From positions 1 through 55,098 of the forward strand of contig JASMFB010000002.1 in assembly GCA_030751995.1 (NCBI GenBank): a DNA stretch of 55,098 nucleotides. Reading direction: 5' to 3'. The stretch comes from Candidatus Thalassarchaeaceae archaeon (GTDB lineage: Archaea; Thermoplasmatota; Poseidoniia; Poseidoniales; Thalassarchaeaceae). Both the position numbers and the translations under genes were made by a program. The notes under the pieces were generated by a model. That model did no database searches. It saw only the letters and a list, made by a program, of their open reading frames with translations, and was not told the DNA's origin. Below are positions 1-8,244 of this stretch, one piece after another (positions within the stretch are counted from its first letter, which is position 1; each line of letters opens with the position of its first letter).

Positions 1-534
1 AGTGGGCTCATCGGCCAAAATCAATGTTGGATTAGTGATTAGCGCCCGAGCAATGGCAACACGCTGCTGCTCACCACCCGACAATGCCGCAGGCAAACCT
101 TGTGCACGGTGTCCCATGCCCAGTTCGGTCAATAGATCCAAGGCGCGTTGCTTAGCTTCCTTTGGTGACACTTTCTGATGGCGCAGTGGTTGAGCGACAT
201 TGTCGACTGCTGAAAGATGAGGCAGAAGATTGCCCTCTTGGAAGATGAAGGAAATTGTCTTCTGTCGAAGCAGAACCAATTCTTGTCCGGTGAGTCGAGT
301 CATATTGCGTCCATCGAGAGAGACATTGCCGGCACTCGGTTTCATCAATCCCCCCAAACATTTGAGCAGAGTCGATTTCCCAGAACCTGATGGACCGACA
401 ACTGCAACCGCTTCTCCTGGCTTTACCTTGACATGTAGGCCACGCAGTGCGACGACATTTCCGTCCTCCGCCTTGGATTCATAGACGTGATAGAGCGCGT
501 TGGCCTCTAGAATTGTCTGAATTTCTTCCGCCAT
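1..534 (-). CDS. ABC transporter ATP-binding protein (C-terminus cut by window edge)
   Basis: Own minus-strand translation from ATG 534..532: MAEEIQTILEANALYHVYESKAEDGNVVALRGLHVKVKPGEAVAVVGPSGSGKSTLLK...[28 protein letters not shown]. It has Walker A, a Q-loop, the ABC signature and Walker B. It is absent from the ORF track because it runs off the edge. It starts 2 nt after the permease stop codon. Confidence 0.9.
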   Translation of the reverse strand, partial: MAEEIQTILEANALYHVYESKAEDGNVVALRGLHVKVKPGEAVAVVGPSGSGKSTLLKCLGGLMKPSAGNVSLDGRNMTRLTGQELVLLRQKTISFIFQEGNLLPHLSAVDNVAQPLRHQKVSPKEAKQRALDLLTELGMGHRAQGLPAALSGGEQQRVAIARALITNPTLILADEPT

Positions 535-536
535 CT

Positions 537-3500
537 TCACTCCCCCTTGAGAACGCTAGCCAGATCAGAGCGCAGCGCCTTGCGCGTGGTAAACAGCAAT
601 GCAATGACAACCGCGGCAAACACAGCGACGGCGACAAGGCCTAGTTCGAGCCACGGCCAAACCAATTCACGACTGATGATCGAAGATTCACCACCGATGA
701 ACAATTGGAAAATGAAGCCAAAGACATTGAACAGACCGTTGAAAGACAAGGCGAGACCCATACCCAGAAGCATACCCAATGCCATTGAGACGACTATGAT
801 TGAGAGGATCTCAAACAACACCAAGCGAATGATTTGATTGGGGCTGGCACCAATCGCTTGCAGAACGGCCAACTCTTTCTGTCGCTGGGTTAGGACCAGT
901 GAAAGGAACACGAACGCAGAGGCAACCGCTGCGACGCTCGCTACGATGAATTGCAGGGTCAACAGACCAGGTGTTCCAAAGATGAGGCCACCGTTTCGTT
1001 CCACGTCATCATGCGCAGTTTCCCAATCTTGTGCACTGTCAAATCGTGAGTCGGCCTCTAGACTGATTCGAAGGGCCTTCAAATCTTCACCACTGACACC
1101 ATCAATACTGACAATCCAAGTGGTTACAGACAAGTTATCCACCCGTTCATCGCCCATTAAATCACGATAACCAGATTCGCCGATAATAACGCTAGCCTCC
1201 ATTTCACTGGTATCGACGCCAGGAATGAATTTGTGAGTACCAATATATCGCAGTGTCGTGTTATGAGCGGTTGTCTCCAAGGTCATCGAAGATAAATTAA
1301 GGGTTTTTTCTTCCCATGTGAAATTGATGTTCTTCGTATTTTTATTGTCCGGCTCAAGCAGGATGTCGCCGCCATCGGAACTCCCGCCTCTGTATGACCC
1401 CCACAAATCCAGATCGTAAGCTGCATCTTCTCCAGCGCTGAATCCACCAGTCTGGTAGGCATCCATCGCCGCTGTGACATCATCGCCGGGAATGGCTTGT
1501 GGGAACCAACGAAGAACATCGGCACTTTCGTCCAGAAGAACGTAAGCACTCATGCCTTCACCATCTTCAGGTATCAAACTCAATTGAGGTACATGGACTG
1601 CGGTAACCGTCACATCGCGTCCACTGATTTCTGCGATGGCGGCTTCGACTTCTGCCGAAGTGTTGTCTTGACCCATGACGACCTGAAGATCACTACCAAC
1701 TGAAACATCAGCGGTTCTCTCATCCACAAGTGTTCCCGTGTACCCCTGAACGGCAGCCAATGTCACGATGGATAGGGTGAGTAGCATAATCACGGCCAAT
1801 CGATTTACGGATTCCGCAGAACCACTGCCTTTCAGTCCACGCTTGACATCGGAAAGTAGTGGTGTTCGACCGAAGAAGAACTGCATGATTCGAGGGCCTG
1901 CGGCACCCAATCTACCCAGTAGCAATGCACCGCCAATCCACAGCATGAAGGGACCGAATACATTGATCAGGCCCTCTAGAAACCAATTGGTAATCAGGCC
2001 ATCTTCACTGCCATTCATCTCCATCCAAGTATCGATGGCACCAAGGGAACCAACCAAGAACAGGACCCAGTGTAACCAAACTCTCGGTTTGGCCACTTTC
2101 TGCACTTTACTGACACCCTCATCGATCTCAAGTTCCATGAAATCTTTGGTACGACTTCGTCCGAAGATGAGTGCAAGACCCATTGTCGCCATCGCCGTGA
2201 AGATTGTAGCACCAATGCTCAACCTCGGATTGACGGTGAAACCAAGTGGTTCGAACTGCATGAAACCAACACTTGCCAATACCGCTGGAACCGCTGCCAT
2301 CGCGGAGAGATATCCTAGGAACCAAGCAACGCTGGCAACGACTGCAAGTTCGAGCAGAACCATCCCACGCAGCCCCTTTGAGGTCGCACCGATGACTCGA
2401 TGAATGGAAATTTCACGTCTACGTTGTTCTAAGGATAGAATCAACCCGTAGACAAGAACCGATAGAGAAAGCACCACAATTGGAATCATGATGATGTAAT
2501 CGAATGCTTGGATTAGGCCAAGGAAGATGTTGAGGAACAGGATGGTACCGCTGATGATGTCGATGTAGTAGACTTCGACCTCACCACTCCCATAGGCACG
2601 ATTCACACGTTCACCATTGGCATCCTCTTCAAACATCACTGAACGGCCCAAATCTTCCAACCAATCCGCCGCATCTGCAGTCGATGTTGTTGGCAGCAAT
2701 GCACGATCAAGGGTCAAGCCGAGATAGATGTGGTCGTTGTCAATGAGTGCTGTGCGCTGACTTTCATTGAGTACAGTCCAGGTTGTGTAAATTGGATTGG
2801 CAGCCAGAGTTGGATTGCTTTGTGGCCATGGTTCGTAGATTCCGAGAATGGTCATGTTCTCGATTGTAATCGTATGTTGACAATGCATGAACCCCGTATC
2901 AGGGATAATCAGAATTTCACCATCACAATCCTCTTCCTCCATATCACCCGGATATGCTGTTTCAGAGGTATACGTAAAATTCAAACTCGTCAAATTATCA
3001 CCAACTTCGGCATTAGAAAGGCTGGCGATATCCGAAGGAATGTACACGCCACGTTCGGCTTCAACATCTGTAGCTGATTTCCATTCGCCTCTTTCGTAGA
3101 TGATATTCTCCGAAATACGATCCGCAATCACGCCGTCAAAGGCGCCCGGACCAAGCAATGCAATGGCGCGAGTGTTGGCCACAGGTGGTCCCGTCGTGTA
3201 CTCATAATCCCATATTCCATCAGTATCCCAGGTCCGTTCAGAATCTGTAGAATTGACTTCTTGCATCATTAACGGAACCGCATTGAATACGTTCTCGTTA
3301 CCCCAATCAAACGAACTATGCAGGCCCTTCTTACCCATGATGACTGTACAGTCAGAAAATTCGTCCATCTCCGTAAATTCATCACAAACCTCCAACAATT
3401 GTGAGGTGTTGTTGCTCCATCCATCGAGGTCATTGTAGTTGGGCTCATCGTTGAATTCAACCTTGGCATCAAAGACATTGATTTCGAGGAAGCCCTCGAA

Positions 3501-3731
3501 GAATGCTTGAGATAACCCAACACCGTAAGCAAGCACGGTTGTAATCACCAAACTAGAGAGGAAGACGCCGGCAAAGACGGCCATTCCGCGCTCACGGCCT
3601 CGCCATGCCCCAAGAGCAGCCAATCGCAAATTGTCAGGTAAATCACGTATTTTACGAGGTATATCTCGTAGTCCAGACGATTGATTATCATCTGCACCTC
3701 CTGAAAGTTTAAGCAAAAGGCGACCAATCAT
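537..3731 (-). CDS. ABC transporter permease with tandem FtsX/MacB-type modules and two large extracytoplasmic domains (1064 aa)
   Basis: An N-terminal TM helix is followed by a ~300-aa soluble domain and an FtsX-like 4-TM block (LSLEQRRREISIHRVIGATSKGLRGMVLLE). A second ~250-aa soluble domain and a second FtsX block (LTQRQKELAVLQAIGASPNQIIRLVLFE) follow. The ATG at 3731 overlaps the upstream ATPase stop (ATGA) and is preceded by GGAGGTGA. Confidence 0.85.
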   Translation of the reverse strand: MIGRLLLKLSGGADDNQSSGLRDIPRKIRDLPDNLRLAALGAWRGRERGMAVFAGVFLSSLVITTVLAYGVGLSQAFFEGFLEINVFDAKVEFNDEPNYNDLDGWSNNTSQLLEVCDEFTEMDEFSDCTVIMGKKGLHSSFDWGNENVFNAVPLMMQEVNSTDSERTWDTDGIWDYEYTTGPPVANTRAIALLGPGAFDGVIADRISENIIYERGEWKSATDVEAERGVYIPSDIASLSNAEVGDNLTSLNFTYTSETAYPGDMEEEDCDGEILIIPDTGFMHCQHTITIENMTILGIYEPWPQSNPTLAANPIYTTWTVLNESQRTALIDNDHIYLGLTLDRALLPTTSTADAADWLEDLGRSVMFEEDANGERVNRAYGSGEVEVYYIDIISGTILFLNIFLGLIQAFDYIIMIPIVVLSLSVLVYGLILSLEQRRREISIHRVIGATSKGLRGMVLLELAVVASVAWFLGYLSAMAAVPAVLASVGFMQFEPLGFTVNPRLSIGATIFTAMATMGLALIFGRSRTKDFMELEIDEGVSKVQKVAKPRVWLHWVLFLVGSLGAIDTWMEMNGSEDGLITNWFLEGLINVFGPFMLWIGGALLLGRLGAAGPRIMQFFFGRTPLLSDVKRGLKGSGSAESVNRLAVIMLLTLSIVTLAAVQGYTGTLVDERTADVSVGSDLQVVMGQDNTSAEVEAAIAEISGRDVTVTAVHVPQLSLIPEDGEGMSAYVLLDESADVLRWFPQAIPGDDVTAAMDAYQTGGFSAGEDAAYDLDLWGSYRGGSSDGGDILLEPDNKNTKNINFTWEEKTLNLSSMTLETTAHNTTLRYIGTHKFIPGVDTSEMEASVIIGESGYRDLMGDERVDNLSVTTWIVSIDGVSGEDLKALRISLEADSRFDSAQDWETAHDDVERNGGLIFGTPGLLTLQFIVASVAAVASAFVFLSLVLTQRQKELAVLQAIGASPNQIIRLVLFEILSIIVVSMALGMLLGMGLALSFNGLFNVFGFIFQLFIGGESSIISRELVWPWLELGLVAVAVFAAVVIALLFTTRKALRSDLASVLKGE

Positions 3732-3745
3732 TCTTCTTCACCTCC
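3727..3745 (-). promoter_or_regulatory. SD-spacer-ATGA translational coupling cassette (GGAGGTGAAGAAGAATGAT)
   Basis: On the minus strand, GGAGGTGA lies 7 nt before the permease ATG, which overlaps the ATPase TGA. The 19-mer at 30229..30247 is identical. Confidence 0.7.
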
Positions 3746-4450
3746 TTCTTCATCCAAGCCCCAAGCGGAACGGATGTCACTGGCTGCGACTGTACCGTCA
3801 CGAAGGAGGAGCATTCTGTCGGCCTGACTGGCCAAATCTGGATCGTGAGTCACCAGCAGAATGGAGATGGGGTTTTCTTCGTCATGACAAAGAGACTTGA
3901 ACAAGCGAAGCATATCTGCTCCAGAAGCGATGTCGAGATTGCCTGTGGGTTCGTCGGCGAGCAGCAATGGACGGTTGCCAGCAATCGCACGAGCGATGGC
4001 CACACGCTGTTGCTGTCCACCAGAAAGTTGGTCTGGAATATGGTCCATCCTGTCACTGAGATTAACACGAGCCAGGGCGTTTCGTGCGCGCTCTTCAGCC
4101 TCCTTTGACGGTACACCGGAGATTTCCAGTGCCATGGCGACATTGTCTAGCGCCGAGAGGTGGTCAAGTAGGTGAAAATCTTGGAAAATCCAACCGACGA
4201 GATTGCGCCGGACATCAACAACTGATGCTGGTCCCTTCAAACCATAGTTGCGTGATTTGAGCGTGATTTCACCACTTTCTGCAGGCAATAATCCCCCAAT
4301 GATGTTCAGTAGGGTAGATTTTCCGCACCCTGAAGGTCCCATCAGAGCAACAAGTTCGCCCGGTTCAATCTCCAGATTGATGCCCTTGAGAACCTCCAAG
4401 CGATTGGAGCCAGAACCGAAGCCCTTGGTGAGGTCATCAACTTTGAGCAC
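3728..4450 (-). CDS. ABC transporter ATP-binding protein (MacB/LolD-like)
   Basis: [12 protein letters not shown] (Walker A), [14 protein letters not shown] (signature), [12 protein letters not shown] (Walker B) and the H-loop VTHD. The start codon is GTG (cac at 4448..4450). Confidence 0.93.
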   Translation of the reverse strand: MLKVDDLTKGFGSGSNRLEVLKGINLEIEPGELVALMGPSGCGKSTLLNIIGGLLPAESGEITLKSRNYGLKGPASVVDVRRNLVGWIFQDFHLLDHLSALDNVAMALEISGVPSKEAEERARNALARVNLSDRMDHIPDQLSGGQQQRVAIARAIAGNRPLLLADEPTGNLDIASGADMLRLFKSLCHDEENPISILLVTHDPDLASQADRMLLLRDGTVAASDIRSAWGLDEEGGEEE

Positions 4451-4504
4451 GGCCCAACCGCCCTACGGGCGGTTAAAGCAGTTATCCCTCGGATGTTAAG
4501 AGTC

Positions 4505-5620
4505 CTAAAGATTCGACCAAGCGGCAGAAAGTGCTGACGACCAGCGTTCGATACTGAATTCTGCTGCGCGTTTCAAAGCGATAGTGCTCGGCTGACGGCG
4601 CCCCTCCTTTGAGGCGAATTCGACAATGGCATCGACCCATTCATCCACACTGTCGTGAGGAAGCAACCATTCCTCTGGCGCAACCTCATTGTGAGCGGGC
4701 ATATCGGCCACACGAACCGGGCAACCAGAAGCCATAGCTTCCAAGGGTGGCAAACCAAACCCTTCGGCAACACTGGGGAATAGTAGCGCGTCGCAATGCT
4801 GGTAATATCCACATAGATCGATGTCCGAGAGGCGACCAACCCATCGAAGATTCACGCCCAATTCCTTGGCTCTCTTCGACAATTTGGATTTCGATTTTAT
4901 ACTCGATTCCGCACCAACCTTGTGTAGAATCACATCTCCCTTGAGGTGAGATGGAAGGCAACCCAATACTTCGACGAGGAAATCAATTCGCTTCCGTGGT
5001 TCTTCACTTCCTACACATAGTAGATTGACATTGGAGTGGTCAAGACCTTCGGGTTTGGGCAAAGGGTAGGAGAACGGATCGTAACCACCAATGTCGATAC
5101 CATGAGGAACCACTGCAATTGCCTTTTCCGGCCACAATTCACGTGCTTCGTCTGCAGTCGCCTCTGAAATGCAAATCAGCAAATCAGCTCGTCCAAGACC
5201 CCGACGAATGTGGGACAAATCTTGTCGGCGCAAGATTCCAGGGGAACGTTGACCAATGTTCACTCTGCCATGTGAGGTTTGTATGCGGCGCGGTTCCAAA
5301 TGGAACAGATCGTGGATGGTGACGCTGACGGGCAAATCACAGTGGGGTGGTACCAAGTGGGCTTGCTCCTGATCGGTGATGTGGAGAACACTTCCAGCAT
5401 TTGTTGTTGCAGCCTTGGCCACTCGTTGAGGGTGTTCACTTCGTCGGCGTCTCCAGCGTGTGAACGCTCCACCGCCGACCTCGTGTTCGATGATACCTGC
5501 AGATGTGAATCCCTTGACTTGGCCTTCCTCTAGCCGCTCGACGAGGTCGTGGTGCGCCCTTCCCAGTCCACTGGAACGGGGCAGCGCCCCACCACGAACC
5601 ACCAAAACTTGACGCGACAT
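4505..5620 (-). CDS. Glycosyltransferase, GT4/GT-B family
   Basis: The C-terminal E-x7-E region AEGFGLPPLEAMASGCPV is typical of GT4. ATG at 5620. Confidence 0.85.
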   Translation of the reverse strand: MSRQVLVVRGGALPRSSGLGRAHHDLVERLEEGQVKGFTSAGIIEHEVGGGAFTRWRRRRSEHPQRVAKAATTNAGSVLHITDQEQAHLVPPHCDLPVSVTIHDLFHLEPRRIQTSHGRVNIGQRSPGILRRQDLSHIRRGLGRADLLICISEATADEARELWPEKAIAVVPHGIDIGGYDPFSYPLPKPEGLDHSNVNLLCVGSEEPRKRIDFLVEVLGCLPSHLKGDVILHKVGAESSIKSKSKLSKRAKELGVNLRWVGRLSDIDLCGYYQHCDALLFPSVAEGFGLPPLEAMASGCPVRVADMPAHNEVAPEEWLLPHDSVDEWVDAIVEFASKEGRRQPSTIALKRAAEFSIERWSSALSAAWSNL

Positions 5621-5640
5621 CAGCCCGCCCAGCCCATGCT

Positions 5641-5650
5641 GATATTAAAC
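5641..5650. promoter_or_regulatory. Candidate shared TATA element of the divergent glycosyltransferase genes
   Basis: GATATTAAAC is the only AT-rich element in the 44-bp spacer. It lies 21-30 nt from the minus-strand ATG (5620) and 15-30 nt from the plus-strand GTGs (5665 and 5671). Confidence 0.35.
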
Positions 5651-5664
5651 GGGCGAGCGAGGGC

Positions 5665-6891
5665 GTGTGCGTGGACGGCGATTCGGACTCAAAGCCCCGC
5701 CTGCTGGTGGTGAAGGGTACCTTCGAGCAATTTGGAGGTGCTGAGCGTGATTTGTTGAACAACCTAGAAGCATGGCAAGAGCAGTTTGAGATTACCTGTG
5801 CTTCACTGCATCTTCCAACCGAGGTTCGAGAGCAACTGGAAGCATTAGATGTCCTCTTTTTGACGCCGGCAATCCCTTGGAGCAAGCCAGTTGGACGATG
5901 GTCTGAATTTCGAGCTAGGGCTTCGCGTCAAGCATCAAATCGGTGGTGGAATATGCTGGAATTGACCGAGCAGGGTCTGCGTTTGCAAGATGTCCTTGCG
6001 ACCAGCGATGCTGTCCATCTGACCAGTGGTGTCGGCAGTTTGGAATTCAGTCAATTGGTACCCAAGGATCTCCCGATTCATTACCACTGTTTGGAACCTC
6101 ATCGAGGATTGCATGAAGATGTGCTGCACCGAAATCTCGATGGTGGCCCTAAGCAAAATCTAGCACTGACGAAATTTCTCCTCGGAAAGCAACGTCGACG
6201 AGACACTTCGATGACACATGATCTCGCAGATAGGAAAAATGCGGCAATCAGTGGAAATTCACCTTGGATACAAGAAAGAATTCAATCTGTGTATGGCGAG
6301 AAATCCGGATTGCTATGGCCATCGGTGAACCTCGATGTCTGGGCTGGTGATTCGTCTTCAATCGAAGATTATGTGGTTGCGATTGGAACTGCTTCCTACG
6401 TCAAGGGCACAATGGATACTATCGACATGCTCGCTGGAACTGGGTTGACTTACCACCACGTTGGTGGAGGTTCAGAGGAAGATATTGCTACCATCCAAGC
6501 CCATGCGGCGAGCAAGGGTGTGGAACTAGTGGTCGAACCACGTCTTTCACAAGAGGCTCTTGTGAGTCTGGTCAAACGTGCTCGAGCGGTCGTATCTTTG
6601 GCGCGAGGGGAACCCTTCGGATTGACACCAATAGAAGCTCAGGCCGCTGGCACTCCTGCACTCATGGTGAATGAGGGCGGATATCGCCACACCATCGAAG
6701 ATGGTGTCACCGGGCGGTTGTTACCTCGTGGAGACTGGTCAGTCTGGCATGCTGCCCTTGAGGATGCAAGGGATACAGATACACGCGGAGCATGGTCCGA
6801 GGCGGGTCGAAAGAACATCGCGAAGATGGGTTTGCGACCCGAAGAGCAAGCGGCAACGCTTGCTTCGATAATTGACAAACTGAGAGAATGA
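5665..6891 (+). CDS. Glycosyltransferase, GT4/GT-B family
   Basis: GEPFGLTPIEAQAAGTPALMVNEGGYRHTIEDGVTGRL (E-x7-E motif). The start is GTG at 5665 or GTG at 5671. It is divergent from the other GT gene. Confidence 0.85.
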   Translation: MCVDGDSDSKPRLLVVKGTFEQFGGAERDLLNNLEAWQEQFEITCASLHLPTEVREQLEALDVLFLTPAIPWSKPVGRWSEFRARASRQASNRWWNMLELTEQGLRLQDVLATSDAVHLTSGVGSLEFSQLVPKDLPIHYHCLEPHRGLHEDVLHRNLDGGPKQNLALTKFLLGKQRRRDTSMTHDLADRKNAAISGNSPWIQERIQSVYGEKSGLLWPSVNLDVWAGDSSSIEDYVVAIGTASYVKGTMDTIDMLAGTGLTYHHVGGGSEEDIATIQAHAASKGVELVVEPRLSQEALVSLVKRARAVVSLARGEPFGLTPIEAQAAGTPALMVNEGGYRHTIEDGVTGRLLPRGDWSVWHAALEDARDTDTRGAWSEAGRKNIAKMGLRPEEQAATLASIIDKLRE

Positions 6892-6893
6892 CC

Positions 6894-8150
6894 TCAGAGA
6901 TGCTCAAACTCAAAGCGCTTGACTACTGAGCGGTATTCAAGCAGTTTGGCCTCAACATAGACGTCCTGTCCGACTGCCAATTCCATGGTATTAGGCATGC
7001 GAACACCGACGCCGGTGTCGTCAACCTCGCCAATGCAAGTATTGCCACCCCGAAATTCGTCACCCAAACCTATTCCGATGGTTTTCTCCATTTTGTCAAT
7101 TCTCAATGTGAAATCGAAGACTTGATCGCTCAAACTTTCGATGTATCGACGCTTGTCGCCAAAGAGTTTCAGTGTATCGAGATGAGCGGCCACGTCGACA
7201 ATGCTTCCGCTAGTGGAAGGGGTCGGGTGTTCAGGTTCCGGTTCGGGAACGGATTCCTCGGGAACATCCTCTTCTTCAGCAGGAGCAGATGAGTCACTTC
7301 TATCCATCAGCATTATGACTTTGAATTCCTCGAAATTAATGACTCCATCACCATCGGCATCGGCCTCATTGAGCAACGCTAGAATTTCCTCAGGAGTCAT
7401 GCGTTCACCAAGGGTGTTCATCATGAGATGCAATTCCTGGATGTCGATGACACCGTTGCCATCGCGATCAAAGAGATTGAATGCTTCTTGCATTTTGTCG
7501 GAAGGTTTCTCCTCAATGGCTTCAGGTTCTGGCTCAGGCTCAGATTCCTCAACAACTTCTTCCGGTTCTGTGGCAGAGATTGAGAAACTCGTTGTCGCCA
7601 TCATGTCATGGGCATTGTTTCGGAATAGTCGGGCTTCGTAATCGCCAGCAACGTACTGTTCTCCAACAAAAGTCACAGAACCTGCGATTTTTCCTTCGCC
7701 TGGTTGTTGGCCTCCCCCGACATACAACCAATTGGCCCCATGTTCTCCATTTGGGCTACCTGCGGGAAAGATGCCAATCCACGCATGGGGGCTACCCGAA
7801 CTTCCTGTGAACCCAACGGTGAATGGTGAGCCTTCTTCAGGTTCTGCTGTATCAACGAAGAGTGTAGCACCCTTCAGTGACTCTGCCCTTTCTCTGACTT
7901 CACCCTCTAGTCTCTGGGCCTCAGCAGCCACCTCAACGGACTTTTCCTTGGCCATACTCTCGATTCGATCCAATTCAGCCATGGCACGTTCCCGGGCTGC
8001 ATTCTGAACCACCGTTCCCGGTAGGCGTGCTATGAGTTGCTCCAGATGGTCATTGACAAGAGGGCGAATCGTGTCGATTTTTGCCGCTGGGTCTTCCAAA
8101 GCATCATGATATGCTTGGAAGGCAGCAATGAAGTCAGACTCTGAGACCAT
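6894..8150 (-). CDS. Multidomain protein with a calmodulin-like EF-hand pair (418 aa)
   Basis: Two canonical 12-residue Ca loops, DRDGNGVIDIQE and DADGDGVINFEE, lie at aa ~218-282 (nt 7305..7499). They are flanked by PE-rich acidic linkers. There is an N-terminal helical region, a beta-rich middle domain (AWIGIFPAGS...YEARLF) and a C-terminal beta domain. Confidence 0.85.
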   Translation of the reverse strand: MVSESDFIAAFQAYHDALEDPAAKIDTIRPLVNDHLEQLIARLPGTVVQNAARERAMAELDRIESMAKEKSVEVAAEAQRLEGEVRERAESLKGATLFVDTAEPEEGSPFTVGFTGSSGSPHAWIGIFPAGSPNGEHGANWLYVGGGQQPGEGKIAGSVTFVGEQYVAGDYEARLFRNNAHDMMATTSFSISATEPEEVVEESEPEPEPEAIEEKPSDKMQEAFNLFDRDGNGVIDIQELHLMMNTLGERMTPEEILALLNEADADGDGVINFEEFKVIMLMDRSDSSAPAEEEDVPEESVPEPEPEHPTPSTSGSIVDVAAHLDTLKLFGDKRRYIESLSDQVFDFTLRIDKMEKTIGIGLGDEFRGGNTCIGEVDDTGVGVRMPNTMELAVGQDVYVEAKLLEYRSVVKRFEFEHL

Positions 8151-8244
8151 GAGAGGGGCTCAACGAGAAGGGGGTTTGAATCTGATGCTTCATCCCTCTC
8201 GGCTCCGCCGTTGAATTCATGAAGCGTATTCGGGTGGGGCGGCC

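Noticed and set aside
5436-5885. A 149-aa minus-strand ORF spanning the divergent glycosyltransferase promoter.
   Set aside because: It overlaps the 5' ends of both GT genes and the TATA-like spacer. It is Arg/Ser-rich and low in complexity, and no motif is recognisable.
7201-7641. A 146-aa plus-strand Ser/Gly-rich ORF opposite the EF-hand gene.
   Set aside because: It is the low-complexity reverse frame of the acidic PE-rich linkers. The sense strand carries two canonical EF-hand loops.
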